Shown: positions 40,908 to 53,875 of the stretch, piece after piece
Layout of the letters: each line of letters begins with the position of its first letter
Numbering within the stretch: the stretch's first letter is position 1
Position numbers and translations under genes: made by a program
Assembly: GCA_973895155.1 (NCBI GenBank)
Contig: OZ316893.1
Coordinates: 12,230,359-12,294,358 of the forward strand
DNA from: Marsupella aquatica
Lineage: Eukaryota; Plantae; Marchantiophyta
Direction of reading: 5' to 3'
Length of the DNA stretch: 64,000 bases
The notes under the pieces: generated by a model
Told to the model about the DNA's origin: nothing
What the model saw: only the letters and a program-made list of their open reading frames with translations
The model's database searches: none

Positions 40908-43900
40908 ATGAGTGATTCGGAGGAGTTTTTCGAAGACGTGGAACTTGAAGCACGAGGATCACCGCGGAGGTTTCAGGGGCAGAGAGAGGAGCAGGAGGAA
41001 GAGCATGTGACACCGATACCATCACCGGTGCGGCGTATGGTGGAGGAAGCAGTACTACTACCGGAGCTCACGGTAAAGAAGAAGATGGGGACTTTCAAGC
41101 TTGGGGGACCCAAGTATGAAGTGACAAAGTATGATGGGCGCTCTGACTACTTGCTATGGGAGAAGCAGGTGAAGGGAGTGCTTTATGCGTCAGGGATGGG
41201 CCAACTGCTGAGCCCTCGTGAAGACGATGTTGATGAGAAACAATGGAACCGCATGCAGGAGCAGGGAGTGTGGTGTGTTACACTCTATCTCATGCCTCCC
41301 ATCATCAAGCAGTTAGGTGCACATAAGGATTGCATGTCCTTGTTTGCGGAATTGCAGAGCAAATATCACCGCAAGGAGTTGTCGAACCGGCTCTACACTT
41401 CCTACAAACTGATGAGTTTCAGGATGAAGGAATCTGGTACGAAGTTGCAAGACCATGTGGATGCTTTCAACGACATGGTCGTTGACTTGGAAAACCTTGG
41501 GGAGACTTTGAATGATGAGACGAAGGCTCTGCAGCTTCTTAGTTCATTGCCTCCATCTTACCAGTCCCTATCACGAGTGTTGTTGCATCGTGATAGGGAT
41601 ACCATTTCATACAATGACATGGTAAGTTCTCTGCTTAGTGATGATCTTCAGTAGAAGATGCACATCACGTCACAGCCTTCATCATCTGGTGCTGCCCTCA
41701 ATGTTAACCGTGGGAGGAGTATGCAGCGACCAATTGGGGACCGTAGAACCCAGTTTAGATCTAAATCCAGATCTAAGTCCAAGGGTAAATCCCCTCAGAG
41801 GAGGCAGGTGACATGTTGGAAGTGCAACCAAGTTGGACACTGCAAGCGAGATTGTAAGGGAAAGGCAGCGGAAACTTCATCGGCAAATGTGGCTAGGGCT
41901 GATGGAGAAGCTGATTTACTCAATGATGAGTATGTTTTATGAAGCTGGGGGTATGCCCTGTGCACGTCATCTAGGAGAGCAGATGATGTGTGGATTCTTG
42001 ATTGTGCTTGCTCTTTTCATATTTGTTACATTCGTGAGTTTTTCAGTTCTTACTCTGTTTCAAACGGTTCAGTTCTAATGGGAAATGATCACTCCTGTCA
42101 AATTGAGGGAATTGGGTCTGTGAAGATTCAAATGTTTGATGGCGCTGTGCGCACAGTGTCCGGAGTCAGGTATGTACCTGGCATGCGTAAGAATCTGATT
42201 TCACTCGGTGTGTTGGATTCAAATGGTCATCAATGGAGCGTTATTGATGGTGAACTTCAAGTCAGGTCGAGAGAGACAGTGATTTTGAAGGGGAGTAGAC
42301 AAAAGAATTTGTATGTGTTACAGGGCAATACTGTATGTGGAGAGGCCAATGTAACCAAGTCTCACGAGGAGATGACTCAACTGTGGCATTCACGGCTAGG
42401 CCACATGAGTGAGAAGGGTTTGGCTATCTTACGGAAGAATGGACTCATTTTTGATTTGCAATCTTGTAAATTAGAGTTTTGTGAGCATTGCATTCTTGGA
42501 AAGCAGCATCGTCGTGCTTTTGGTGTTGGAACTCATCGTTCCAAAGCGGTTCTTGAGTACATACATAGTGACGTGTGGGGTCCATCCCCGACTCCCTCAC
42601 ACTCTGGAAAGTTGTACTATGTATCATTTATTGATGATTACTCAAGATTTGTGTGGATTTATTTCATGACGCATAAGTCTGATGTCTTGTCCATTTTTAA
42701 GAAGTGGAAGGCCCAGGTGGAGAATCAGACTGGAAACACGATCAAGTGTTTGGATACAAGGGTGAAGAGTCTGAGGTCAGACAACGGCGGGGAGTACACT
42801 TCAATGGAATTTGAAGAGTACTGTTCAGAACAGGGGATAACTCGTCATCTCACCACAGTTTATACTCCGCAGCAGAATGGTGTCGCTGAGAGGCTCAATC
42901 GGACACTGTTGGAGCGGTCACGGAGTATGTTGAGCCAATCAGGTTTACCACAAGAATTTTGGGCAGAAGCTGTCAATACCGCAGCTTATTTGGTAAATCT
43001 TTCTCCTTCTAGTGCTATCAATTTCAAAACGCCATTTGAGATGCGCTATAAGCGGCAAGCAGACTATCATGGCTTGGTAATTTTTGGAAGTGATGCATAT
43101 GCTCTCACACCAAAGTAGAATAGGACCAAGTTGGATCCTACCTCCAGGAAATGTGTTTTTCTTGGGTACCAGAGTGGTGTGAAAGCCTATAGGCTATGGG
43201 ATCCTATTGCCTGTAAGCTCGTTGTCAGTAGGGATGTTTCCTTCAATGAATCCAAATTATTGAAGGAGGGGGAGAATACTCAGGTCTCCGGTATTGACAA
43301 AGGAAAATCTCCTATCCCGGATCTCGTTGAGGGGGAGATTGGTTATGAGGTGCATGACCGGAGAGAAGGAGTTGCTCCAATTATGGAGCTGGTTCCTGTG
43401 CCAGAGGAACCAGAGGAGTTTGTTGATGCTGGTGAGCAACAAGTGGATATTGTTGAGCTTCAAATTGTACCAGCACACGCAGATCAACCGGAGTCATCGG
43501 CTAGAAGAACATCTGGTCGCACTGTACGCGCTCCATCAAGGTATGGACAGTGGGTTGATTCATCTCAACTGCAAGAGGATGATTTTACAGCTGATGATGA
43601 GGGTGATGCGTTAATTTTGGAAGAAGGAGAACCTTCTTCATTTCATGAGGCAAGTGCTTCAAAAAAGAAGCAGAAGTGGACTGCAGCAATGCAAACGGAG
43701 ATGCAGTCACTAAAGGACAACAAAACTTGGGAGCTTGTTAAGCTGCCTAAGGGTCAGCAAGTGGTGGACAGCAAGTGGATTTACAAGCTGAAGGATAATT
43801 CCATAGGAGGTGGATCGAAGGTCTACAAGGCTAGATTGGTAGCAAAGGGATTCACACAAGAGAAAGGTGTGGATTACAATGAGGTCTTCTCACCAGTTGC

Positions 43901-45215
43901 TAAGTACTCTACAATACAACTATTGTGTGTACTTGTTGTAATATTTGGTCTGCTCCTAGATCAGATGGATGTTGTCACAGCTTTCCTCTATGGCACATTG
44001 GAAGAGGTGATCTTCATGAGACAACCGCTAGGTTTTGTGAAGAGAGGACAAGAGGAATTGGTTTGCAGATTGCTGAAATCCTTGTATGGGTTGAAGCAGT
44101 CACCAAGACAGTGGAACAAGCGGTTTGACGATTGGATTCGGTCACAAGGTTTTCACAGAAGTGTATTTGACCCTTGTGTGTATTTGAAACCGGTGAAGAA
44201 TGTTGTCTTTGGGTTCATTGTTTTAGTACTTTATGTGGATGACATGCTAATTGTAGCCAAGGATAGGTCTGAGATTGTTAAGCTCAAGGCACTGCTTAGT
44301 GCAGAGTTTAAGATGAAGGACTTAGGGCCAGCTAAGAGGATTTTGGGTATGGAGATCACTAGGGACTTGGAGGCTGGCAAGCTATGGTTGACGCAGAGCA
44401 GTTATGCGAGGAAGGTAATTGCAAGGTTCAACATGGGGAATAGCAAGCCAGTAAGTACCCCGTTGGCTCCACACTTCAAGTTATCATCAGCGTTCTGTCC
44501 TACGGATGACACAGAGAAGGGGTTGATGTCAAAGGTTCCATATGACAAGGCAGTGGGGAGTCTCATGTATTTGATGACTTGCACTAGACCTGATCTTGCC
44601 ATGCCTATGGGCAAGGTGAGCAGGTACATGTCGAATCCAGGGAAGGTACACTGGGAAGCAGTGAAGTGGATTATCAGGTACTTGAAGGGTACCGTGGATC
44701 ATGGTCTTTTATTTGATGCGAATGCAAAGAATGCTAGATCATTGATTGGCTATGTAGATTCTGACTATGGACAAGATTTGAACCGAAGGAGATCAACAAC
44801 AGGATACGTGTTCACACTTGGCGGTGGATGCATAAGTTGGAGGTCTACTTTGCAGAAGTGTATTGCTCAGTCTACTACAGAAGCGGAGTATGTTGCAGCT
44901 GCGGAAGCAGCAAAGGAAGCGATTTGGTTGGATAGACTTATCACTGAAATGGGATTGCCACAGGGGAATGTGAAGCTCCATTGTGATAGTCAAAGTGCGC
45001 TCCACCTTGCTGTGAACCAGGTGATGGACAGCAGAGTGAAGCACATTGACGTCAGGTACCATTTTATCAGGCAGGCTGTGTCTGATAATTTGTTTGAGCT
45101 AGTCAAGATTGATGGTAAACTCAACCCGGCTGACGCATTTACCAAAGTGATTCCTTTGGAGAGTTTCTCTAGACACCATGACGTATTGCAGGTTTTGCAA
45201 TTGCATCACAAGTAG
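40908..45215 (+). pseudogene. Copia gag-pol in one reading frame with three in-frame stops (TAG 41652, TGA 41940, TAG 43116)
   Basis: Zinc knuckle CWKCNQVGHCKRDC, protease WILDCACSFH, GAG-pre-integrase LWHSRLGHMS, integrase HSDVWGP/LRSDNGGEY/PQQNGVAER, RT YKARLVAKG/LYVDDML and RNase H YVDSDY/STTEAEY. The four ORF pieces share the same frame. Confidence 0.95.
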
Positions 45216-45395
45216 AGTTTTCTTAAACATTCATTGTAATTACTGATATATGCTCTTCCTCATTCCTATGTATTAGGCTACGGCTTAGTTCTGGTTTGCT
45301 CTAGTTAGAGAGGGAAACCGGTTTGGTTTCTGTCCAGAACTTCCCGCTGAGGGATCATATACATTGGCAGTATTACTCTCCCCTAGACCAGAGTC

Positions 45396-45405
45396 AAGGG
45401 GAAGA
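45396..45405 (+). promoter_or_regulatory. Polypurine tract
   Basis: aaggggaaga immediately before the 3' LTR. Confidence 0.85.
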
Positions 45406-45406
45406 T

Positions 45407-45863
45407 TGTTGGGTATTTACTCTTACGTCTAGGTTAGGTATGACGTGGTTGGTACAACAACGTGGGTTGGTACAACTACGTGGTTAGGTACAACTACGTG
45501 ATTAGGTACAACTATGTGGTTAGGTACAACTACGTGATTAGGTACAACTATGTGGTTAGGTACAACTACGTGATTAGGTACAACTATGTGGTTAGGTACA
45601 ACTAAGTTGCACACTATATCATAAGAGGCATGTGTGCTTGGAGAGGTAGAACCAAGGCTCATTGTTATGGAGCCACTTGAGAGATAGGGAGAGCTTACAC
45701 TGTGGAGACTCGGTATAGCCGACGGGCTTAGAGTTCAGTAAAGCTCTCTTGTGTGTTCCCGTGGACGTAGCCTCAAGGAGGTGAACCACGTATCTCTTGT
45801 GTCGACTATTGTGCGTTGGATGGTTCATGGGCTTGTCGTTGCGATCGTCGTCTATGCTCAACA
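45407..45863 (+). repeat. 3' LTR (457 bp)
   Basis: By eye it matches the 5' LTR except for one extra T (aggttagg) and one C/T change (gcttgcc vs gcttgtc). Confidence 0.97.
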
Positions 45864-48800
45864 CTTCTGAAAATTTCCCTTTCCCGTATGATGGAGTAAG
45901 CAAATAATCTCTGAAATAATGCTCAACAATCCACAGCATGTTGTTAAATTCAACAATGAAAACTATTCACTTTAAATTTACAAAATCATAATTTTAATGG
46001 AATGCATTCAGCTCACTGCATCTGATGAAAATGAACACTGAAATAAACATGTCAACCATTAATTACCTGAAGATTTGTAATGATCTGTCCAAATCTTTTT
46101 GAACAAACTCAGGAACAAGATCGGGTATGAGTTTTTGCAATTGTTCCCACATGTGCCACCTTGGAATGGCTGCTGCCTCAAAATAGTATCCAAAGTCATA
46201 CTTGGTATACGAACTTAGGCCTTCTAAACCATTTAACACTGGTGTAACAAAATCTTCCAGCATTGCATCTGATAATCCCAATTTTGCTTCTCTTCGATGT
46301 TGAAGGAATTCCAGATCTGCACAAGCAACTGTAGCATCCATTTTATTGCGTTCCTCTACTAAAACGGCATCAAAATTTTCCCAAAAGATTGCCATGGCTT
46401 GATTTGGTGCTTGATCCACAGGCAACTTTATGCCTTTATCCAATTTTTGAAGCCGCTCTTGTGTTGCACAATACGCATCTAGCAGGGCTGATGTCTCTGT
46501 CTCACTTGTTATAAGATCGGCCTCAAATCGGTCATTCTCGGGTGTGCCTGTACAATCACAAAATAGTTCTAAAAATATTCAACCATCCACTCAAGCCTAC
46601 ATATTGTAAGAATCAATCCAAACCCGAATCAAAATCCTGAACTCTAAATCCTGAACCCTAATCAACACACAATTCTGACATTTTCACTTACGTCTTTGTA
46701 GTAATCTTGATTGTCTTTCAATAACCTCTTCATTTTCCAATATAATGGGACTATGAACAGTCCCTACAAGGCTTACTTCATTCTCATGTCTTGAAGATCC
46801 AAAGACTAGGGCTCCTTGTGCAGGTATAGCTTCGTTCAAAACACCTCTGGTTCTTGAAGTTTGAAATGAATGAGCTCGTAAAGGTAAAGTTGGCAGTAAT
46901 AATGCACCTGTATCATGTTTCACAATTACCCAACACATTAGGGTTGGATTGTCAGATTGCTGTCACTCACATAGCCACTCTGTACCCTTTTTAATATATA
47001 TTATGATTTCATGGCAGCACTGTTAACCTACTAACGCCTTACTGTAGACATCTTGAAAAGCCTTACATACTACAGTAAAGCATCTCAAAGCTTGGTATCC
47101 AGATTGAGCTTCGGCCATAACTATTACTCAAGACTTAGATATATAGAAACTTTACAAAAGTTGTATGAGGTCAGGCAAGGGAATCCACATGAAGAGACCA
47201 GAGCATCTAATGGAGAGCAATAGAGCAATAATTAGCACGCTGAGAAAAGCAAAATAATGTCTTGACAATTCCTTATACAAAAGTTGACCAAAAGACCGAT
47301 GACTTAGTATGCCAATGATTTACCATTTAATTACTCTACTCTCCTAAATGCAGGTGTACATTATGATCAGAACTGTGATGAGTGCGATATGATTTCATTT
47401 TACTCAGCAGAACTAAAGAATGTTTTTTGCTTCAAAGCTTTGGCTGGCTGCACACAAGCCTATGATGCTAGACACTCCATTTGTTCCTCATACTAATCAG
47501 CGTTGATGGAAAATACCATGGCTGCTATGGCTTGAAGTGTGTACTAAGGGTCTTCCTCTTGAGCTAAGAAAACATGTACAAACTTGCTTCAACACGCTTG
47601 CAATAAAAAACTCATTGGTCGGTAGTCGATCTTGAAGTGGCCAAACTTTCAAGATTCCCCAATGCTTTCATCAGTTAATTGTTTTGTTGCACTAAAATGC
47701 AAAAGAAGGAAACACCTGAAGCGGGATTGGGACCACAAGTAAGCTTTGGAGCATCAATCACCCCACAACAAGGCAGACAAACAGAACACCACCAGAAGCG
47801 CACAACAAAAACCATGTTGGTCAAAAATTGAGGGGATGCGGTACAAAATGCACAACCAAGAAGAGCAATCATTTGCAGCCCATAGCCTCATTCAGAACAT
47901 GCTTTCATAGATCTTACATATGCATGCTGTGCAATACTAATTTCATAGGTACACCTACAAACTAACCCCCACCCATGCTAACATGTAAGAAATTGAATAA
48001 TTATTAAACTAAAGTGATCTATGGTCAAGGAAACTCAAAGGATGCACGTACTTGAGTCACCATGGGGTGAAGACGAGCTGTCATTGGGCTGGGTTTGAAA
48101 CTCAGAAGTCGAAGGGTTTCCCAATTGAGGTGACGAGCTCGTTAATGGAGATGACAAATTAGAGGATCTTCTTGACAGATTTTGCGGGGCTTCAAACCAG
48201 AACAATGCAATAAGCAATTAGATACCTAATTTGATCAATTACATAGAAGTTACACTGTATAATCCATAAAGCTTCATGGTGTATTTTTCACATCAATGGA
48301 GCTAGAAATGATTTACCTGTTACTCAATATTACTTGTGCATCGATCAAGACAAATGAAGTTGATATCCTTACCTGTCAAAGTTATTGTGGGGTCGTGCAA
48401 GTTTTCTGTCTCCTCAATCCCTTCAGACTCAGAAGCTGCAAAGCTCGAGTTTGAGCTCTCTCTTTGAGTGTTAGAATTCCATGACTGTGAAGGACTTTGC
48501 ACATGTTCTGTTTCATTTTCAAATGCCTGACGATGCTCTGTCGTTGGAGAATCTTCTGAATAGACAAAAGTTTCAACTAATATGCAAATCATATCCAAAG
48601 ACTTGCTGGGAAAGAGCAGAAAAATGTCATAATCTAAGAATCTAGTAACAATGATGACAAAAATGTTTGCTTGCTTTACCTGAACGTGCAGTCGAGTGAC
48701 CATGGATATTTCGTCTGGTATCTCGTTTACATCGACGTGTTCCTTGTGAAGGCACAATAATTGTTGCACCTGAACAACCAGCCGCCTCAACATGGTAATG

Positions 48801-50504
48801 TCTTATTTGTTGTGGCGTCATTTGACAAGAGGGGTCTGGAATGTATACTACTTTATCAAACCGAGACACGTTTCTCCATTCGGTGTCCCCCGATAGAAAA
48901 TATGAATCTAGTGTTGCACCACCTAGTTTGTCCAGGTCGTCTTTGTGTTGCCCAACATTTGTCATTCTCAAAAAGCATCCTAATATGTCAGCGTAACCAG
49001 TATTTTGGGCCCATTCTTGAGATGCCACAATTTCCCGAATATGCCACTGAGCAGTATTTTCCCGGAATTGACCTCCATCATAGACACCACCCCAAGGCGT
49101 TGACCCAGGTAGACTAACATATATTGGAGGCCTGAATTTTTTCACTCTTCGCATGTAGCAACTCTGATTGCCTGTGTCCACTTGTTGTGCCTCCCAAATT
49201 TGTTGAGGACAATATATAGCACGACTCACTGGTTTATCATAATTCCTTTGATTGCAAATTATTGGAGGAGGTCTCGCAATCATCTGTCTCCTTCCTCTGT
49301 TTGCCCCACCTCCACCTCTGTTCCCTCCACCTCCACGTCTATTTGATCCACGTCCAGATTCTCCTTCAGGTTGATAATTGTATTGGTGATACGAGGTTGG
49401 GAATGTTGGAAATTCATATAGTGGAAGTGTCACTGGCTCAGTAGTTTCTCGAGGACCCGATTGTGTACTAGTTCCTAGTGGGATCATCCTTGAATTTCTG
49501 TTGTATCCTTGGACAGGGTTTCTCTGACGAGGATCTCGACTATCAGTAGGTTCATCCATATTGCAATTCTGAATGCAACGCAAGATTGAAACCCAAGATC
49601 CAAATGGCCAAGAACCTGAGGCTCTGCTCTAGTTCATTACTACTTTTGCGAACAGAGTGCAAAGTGTCAAGCTCAAAGGTAGAATCACCGAGTAGTACAA
49701 ATTATCTTATATTATGAGCAGAAAGTAATAGATGTTGTTAGAGTACAGCCACCATTTCAAGAATTTGGTGAACATTAGTATCACATTAACTTCCAGTACA
49801 TATCATATTTGTTAAAAATCATCTCATCATAATGAAGACTAGCTACCGCAGCTCTTTTTAGTAGCTCTTTTTAGCCCTCGGATACATAATTGCCAAAAGC
49901 AGGTTACCGTATTTCTTATTTTCTTTAGAAGACACTGCTACGCATGTAAGATGATTGAACTATTGTAAACTATAGTATTGTAGCTAGTAGTACACTCCAA
50001 ACTATTCAAAGTTAGAGACATGCATGAAAGAAATAAGTATTTTAAAATTGTGTCGATTATTAAGGTCCAATTAGAGACATGCAAAATTTATAATTAACAA
50101 GAACTTTACATGTCACCAAACAATTATGTTTGTTGGATTTGACTTGTCAATGGTGAAGAGTGGGCATCGTGACTTATTCCCCTAGTGAAGGTTGGAAAAA
50201 CTAGTGTGAAGAATATGATTGGTTCATGTGCACGAATGATACATATTTTTTGGTGCCAAATTCCAATAGAAAGTTTGATAGTAAACAAGGCAATAACTAT
50301 TACAAAAAAATCCCTACCATTGATATCTATTGATGAATGGTCAGTAATTTGTAACATTGGTTAGTATGCATGAATTTAATTGTAAAAAACAAACATGATG
50401 TGGTAGCTTGTGTGACAGTTATAACGCATGTGGGATTCATGCCATTTGCCACTTGCAAAATGACAATTAATGCTTGTGACAAATTGGGTTGAGCCTCTTA
50501 TGGG

Positions 50505-51245
50505 ATTCAGGGAGACGCTTCAATGATTTGTCATTCAATGCACCTCGATTCTCCCCCACATCGGGAAATACCTAATGCTCTCTCCCCATTTTTGTGGCCC
50601 CGTTCAGTCTTGTGAAGGGCACAGATTCTGGAGGAGAATCTAATGCTCGATTGTTTTAACTAGGCTATTATAACTGAATGTAGTCGGGTGGCCGAGGGAT
50701 GGAGGCGCAGGGCTGGCCGTGGCAGGGTCCGTGGCAAGTGGTGAGTCAGGCAAGGGTGCTGGGGCTGGCCGTGGCAGAAAGGAAGGAGGGCGGCGTGTGG
50801 GCTGGCCGGGGCCGTCGTGAGTGGTGAGGCAGGCGAGGGCGATGGGGCTCGCCATGGCAGAAAGGAAGGAGGGCGGCGTGCGGGCTGGCCGTGGCAGGAA
50901 GGAGGGAGGTAGCCGGGTGGCCGAGGGAGGGAGGGACTCAGGCGGCCAAGGGAGAGGGGCAGTTGTGCGGCCAAGGAGGAAGGGCGCAGGGCTGGCCGTG
51001 GCAGGAAGGAGGGAGGAAGGTAGTCGCGGCCGAGGGAGGGAGAGACTCAATCGGGAGTCGGTAGTCCCGTGCATTCAGGGAGACGAGTCCCTGCATTGTC
51101 ATTCAATGCACCTCGATTCTCCCCCATAGCCCACCTGAATACTCTCTCCATTTTTGTGTCTCACTTTCAAGCCAGCCCCATTTTTGGGTCCCAGTTCAGT
51201 TTTGAGGAGGGCACAGATTTTTGATTGAGGAGTTCTAATGTTTGA
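50505..51245 (+). repeat. GC/G-rich repeat island bracketed by degenerate direct repeats
   Basis: gggctggccg(tggcag) occurs about 5 times with gaaggagggcggcgtg. The flanking block attcagggagacg..tgtcattcaatgcacctcgattctccccca..gggcacagatt occurs at about 50505-50630 and 51073-51220. Confidence 0.8.
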
Positions 51246-52869
51246 TGGTTTTAAGTTATTCACAAATAATGTAAAACTATAATATTAATTTTAAAAATAT
51301 CAATATATTTAATAAAAAATATATAATTATTATAAAATATTAAATGGTAATGAGCATGGAGAATTGATGCACAGAAGTAGTGTGTGACCTAGTGGTATTG
51401 GAGGTCAGTTGAGACTAAGATGTGGCGTGTTAAAGGCACACGATGGGCAACTTTTCTTTTCTTTGATTGAGGGCATGGAAAGGAATGAACTTTGGAGGGG
51501 GCGGGGGTGTCTCATTGTATTTAAAAATGAAAATGGTAAATGAGATATATATGGTTCAAGTAGTTTGGAGATAGCAAAAATAACAAAGGAAACACCCATG
51601 AGAGCCAGGGAGATAAATTAACCTCTTTTGTTAATTTCCTATACCTGCTCATTGTTGTGAGGTGCCAATCATGTTCCTGGTGGGTAGTTGCTTTCAGTTT
51701 TAGGAAGAATCCAACAAAAGAGGTTAGCACAAGAAGCCAACAAAAGAGGTTAGAAGTCAAAAGGCAAACAATATTAGAGGTGGTGTTGACAAGAGAAGAA
51801 AAGCCTTGTGCAACAAGCTGAGAAACCAGTAAGACAAACGAAAGCCCCTATGAAAAAGGCACAAAAACCAACCCAGCACAAGGCCCCTATGAAGTCCAAA
51901 AGTGTGTGGTAGAGAAGACAACAGGGCCAGGAGTGGTAAGTGTGCTCCAATTGACAGGTTTTGAAAGTTTGCAAGGAATTGGTGCAAGCATGGGTCTGAA
52001 TTCTTTGAGTGTCTTGACAAATGTGACAACACCTTTGGTACACTTGTTTCCCAGGGTAGCCAACTTAGACTATTTCCAACCTTGTATGTAGAAAAGATAT
52101 GTGATTGAGTGATTAATTGTAGGGTGGTAGACTGCCGTTGGCTTCTAGGTTTTCTATTGATTTGAAAACAAATTTCATGAATAAAGTTTTGCTTCTTATA
52201 CAATAAGATGTGTGCTTACCATAAATGGTTTTGAAGATAAATGGTTTTTTATGTGATCATGTCTCCTCAACTTTTTTGTTGCTGCTATATGGCGCATCCT
52301 TGGTTCATATCCCCAAGTCCAATTTGTTTGGACATTATTTACAGACCCCCATGGGAAGTTCCTTCCAAAATCCCTAGCACCACGTTGAGCCACATCAGCA
52401 GGAATGGGCCACAAACAAGAAAATGTAGATGTGAAAGAAGAACAAAACCTGATGGTTCGTGTTTGTGACAAGGCAAAAAAAACTGTCAATCCCGGTAACT
52501 GTAAAAATGATAAAAAAAACTGAAGAGTAAGTTGAAACAAACAAAGAACGAGGTAAAGAGTAATTAACACTTGGAAGTTCTAGAATTGATATATCAGTGT
52601 TTGCATTAAATGTTAGATTTTTTCTAATTTTAAAAGATTTTTAAATAAACACTGCTAGAGGACATAGAAACAAACTGTTGGGCTTCAATTCCAAGATTTT
52701 GTAATAAGTATTTGGTGAAGTAACAAATTGTTGGGTTTCCAAAGTTTTGTAATAAATATTTGATAAAGTAAAAACAAACTGTTGGGTTTCCAAGCACTGG
52801 TAACTGCAGTAAGTTGTAGATGGTACGTTTTAGATAGCTTGAGATGACAAAGGGAATGGCTTGATGACT

Positions 52870-53875
52870 TGAGAAAACATGACAAAGCTAATGGCTACCC
52901 TTATACTCTTAGATCTGGCAATTTGCCCCCTCACCCAAGCCAGTTTTTGGTGAATTTAGTAGGAATATTAAATCACTCCTACAAGTTACAAACAAATCCT
53001 GCTACTTATATTATTTGGCAATTCCTCCTACTAATAGATGGATTGGGACACAGGGCACATCTGGGAAATTGATAAATCCAGGCAAACATGAAGGCAAACA
53101 TTGATTTTTGACATTGGCAAGGGACTTTGTAGCTGAGGTGAACAGTTCTGTTGACAGACATGACATGTCTTATGCACAAAATTCAATGATAACACCAATT
53201 TGTCTCTAAATATCAATGGTTTATAGTCTGAAAATCAACACCTGAGCTTCAGAATATCATAACAAAATATCGAGTGAAGTTTTAAAGGAGTTGAGTTGGC
53301 CTTGACATTGATGCTACTGTTGAAGTGGCTCCTGATATTGGTGACCCAGGTGAAGAGCCAGCTCAACCCTTGGGGCTGTACAATGTCTTGCAAGGATGAG
53401 ACACATGGGACAGATTGTAGGAGGTTGAAAAAAATGTTAGTTTGTAGCTTATGTGAGACAACATCTACTATTCATAGTTGATTAAAGTGAATCAAAGAGA
53501 TCTTGTTTGCTCAATGTGTTTCAAGAGTACCCCAAACTTCAAATGTGAGGAGGAGTTATAAATTTCTGAAGTTTGCTCAATATTTGAGTAGTATATGAAA
53601 GGAGTTATAAGTTTCTGAAGTTTTCTCAATGCTTGAATGAGTAGTAAGTTTTGTAAATTGTAATCAAATATTTTGCACATTTTTAGCTTTTTTATAAGCA
53701 AATTTTAACTATTGTCCATTCTTTGTTTTTAACTTAAGTATGTGTGACACTATTTGACTTGTGACCACAATTAGTGTCATACTATATTAGTGTCACACAC
53801 CCTAATTACCATCACTTACCTCAAATATAACCTCACAGTAATTAGAGTCTGTGAGACTACATACTGTAAAGAGTG
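52870..53875 (+). mobile_element. Second, oppositely oriented member of the 14698-15972 TIR family nested in the large transposon (left end not found)
   Basis: It ends ...atactgtaaagagtg|TA. 53300-53875 is the reverse complement of about 14698-15260, and it carries the same VDRHxMSYAQNSMI remnant at about 53150-53190. Confidence 0.8.

Larger units (their letters stand above)
39301..45863 (+). mobile_element. Full-length Ty1/copia LTR retrotransposon, 6563 bp, TSD CTTCT
   Basis: TG...CA LTRs, cttct at 39296-39300 and 45864-45868, PBS, PPT, and gag-PR-IN-RT-RH domain order. Confidence 0.98.
37425..49559 (-). pseudogene. Multi-exon HECT-domain E3 ubiquitin ligase gene carried by the transposon, disrupted by the copia insertion and an in-frame TGA
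   Basis: HECT N-lobe motif VDAGGVTSRLLTGAWKTLF (about 38765-38820). C-lobe LYRFIT...LPIASTCSKQIDIPAYPNVKVMHSKLVMASFNTAYGKL* includes the catalytic Cys. Removing the copia rejoins GKFSE|ARIISLRDEY in frame. TGA at 38241-38243 lies within an exon. Assignment of the upstream exons (46.0-49.6 kb, RGG-rich start) to this gene is inferred from orientation and splice sites. Confidence 0.8.

Noticed and set aside
49991-50020. tacactccaaact as the missing left end of the TIR element ending at 53875
   Set aside because: Only 7 bp (tacactc) match the TIR, too little to call a boundary.
50640-51129. Pro/Ala-rich and Arg/Gly-rich ORFs
   Set aside because: Expected from a GC-rich repeat that lacks stop codons.
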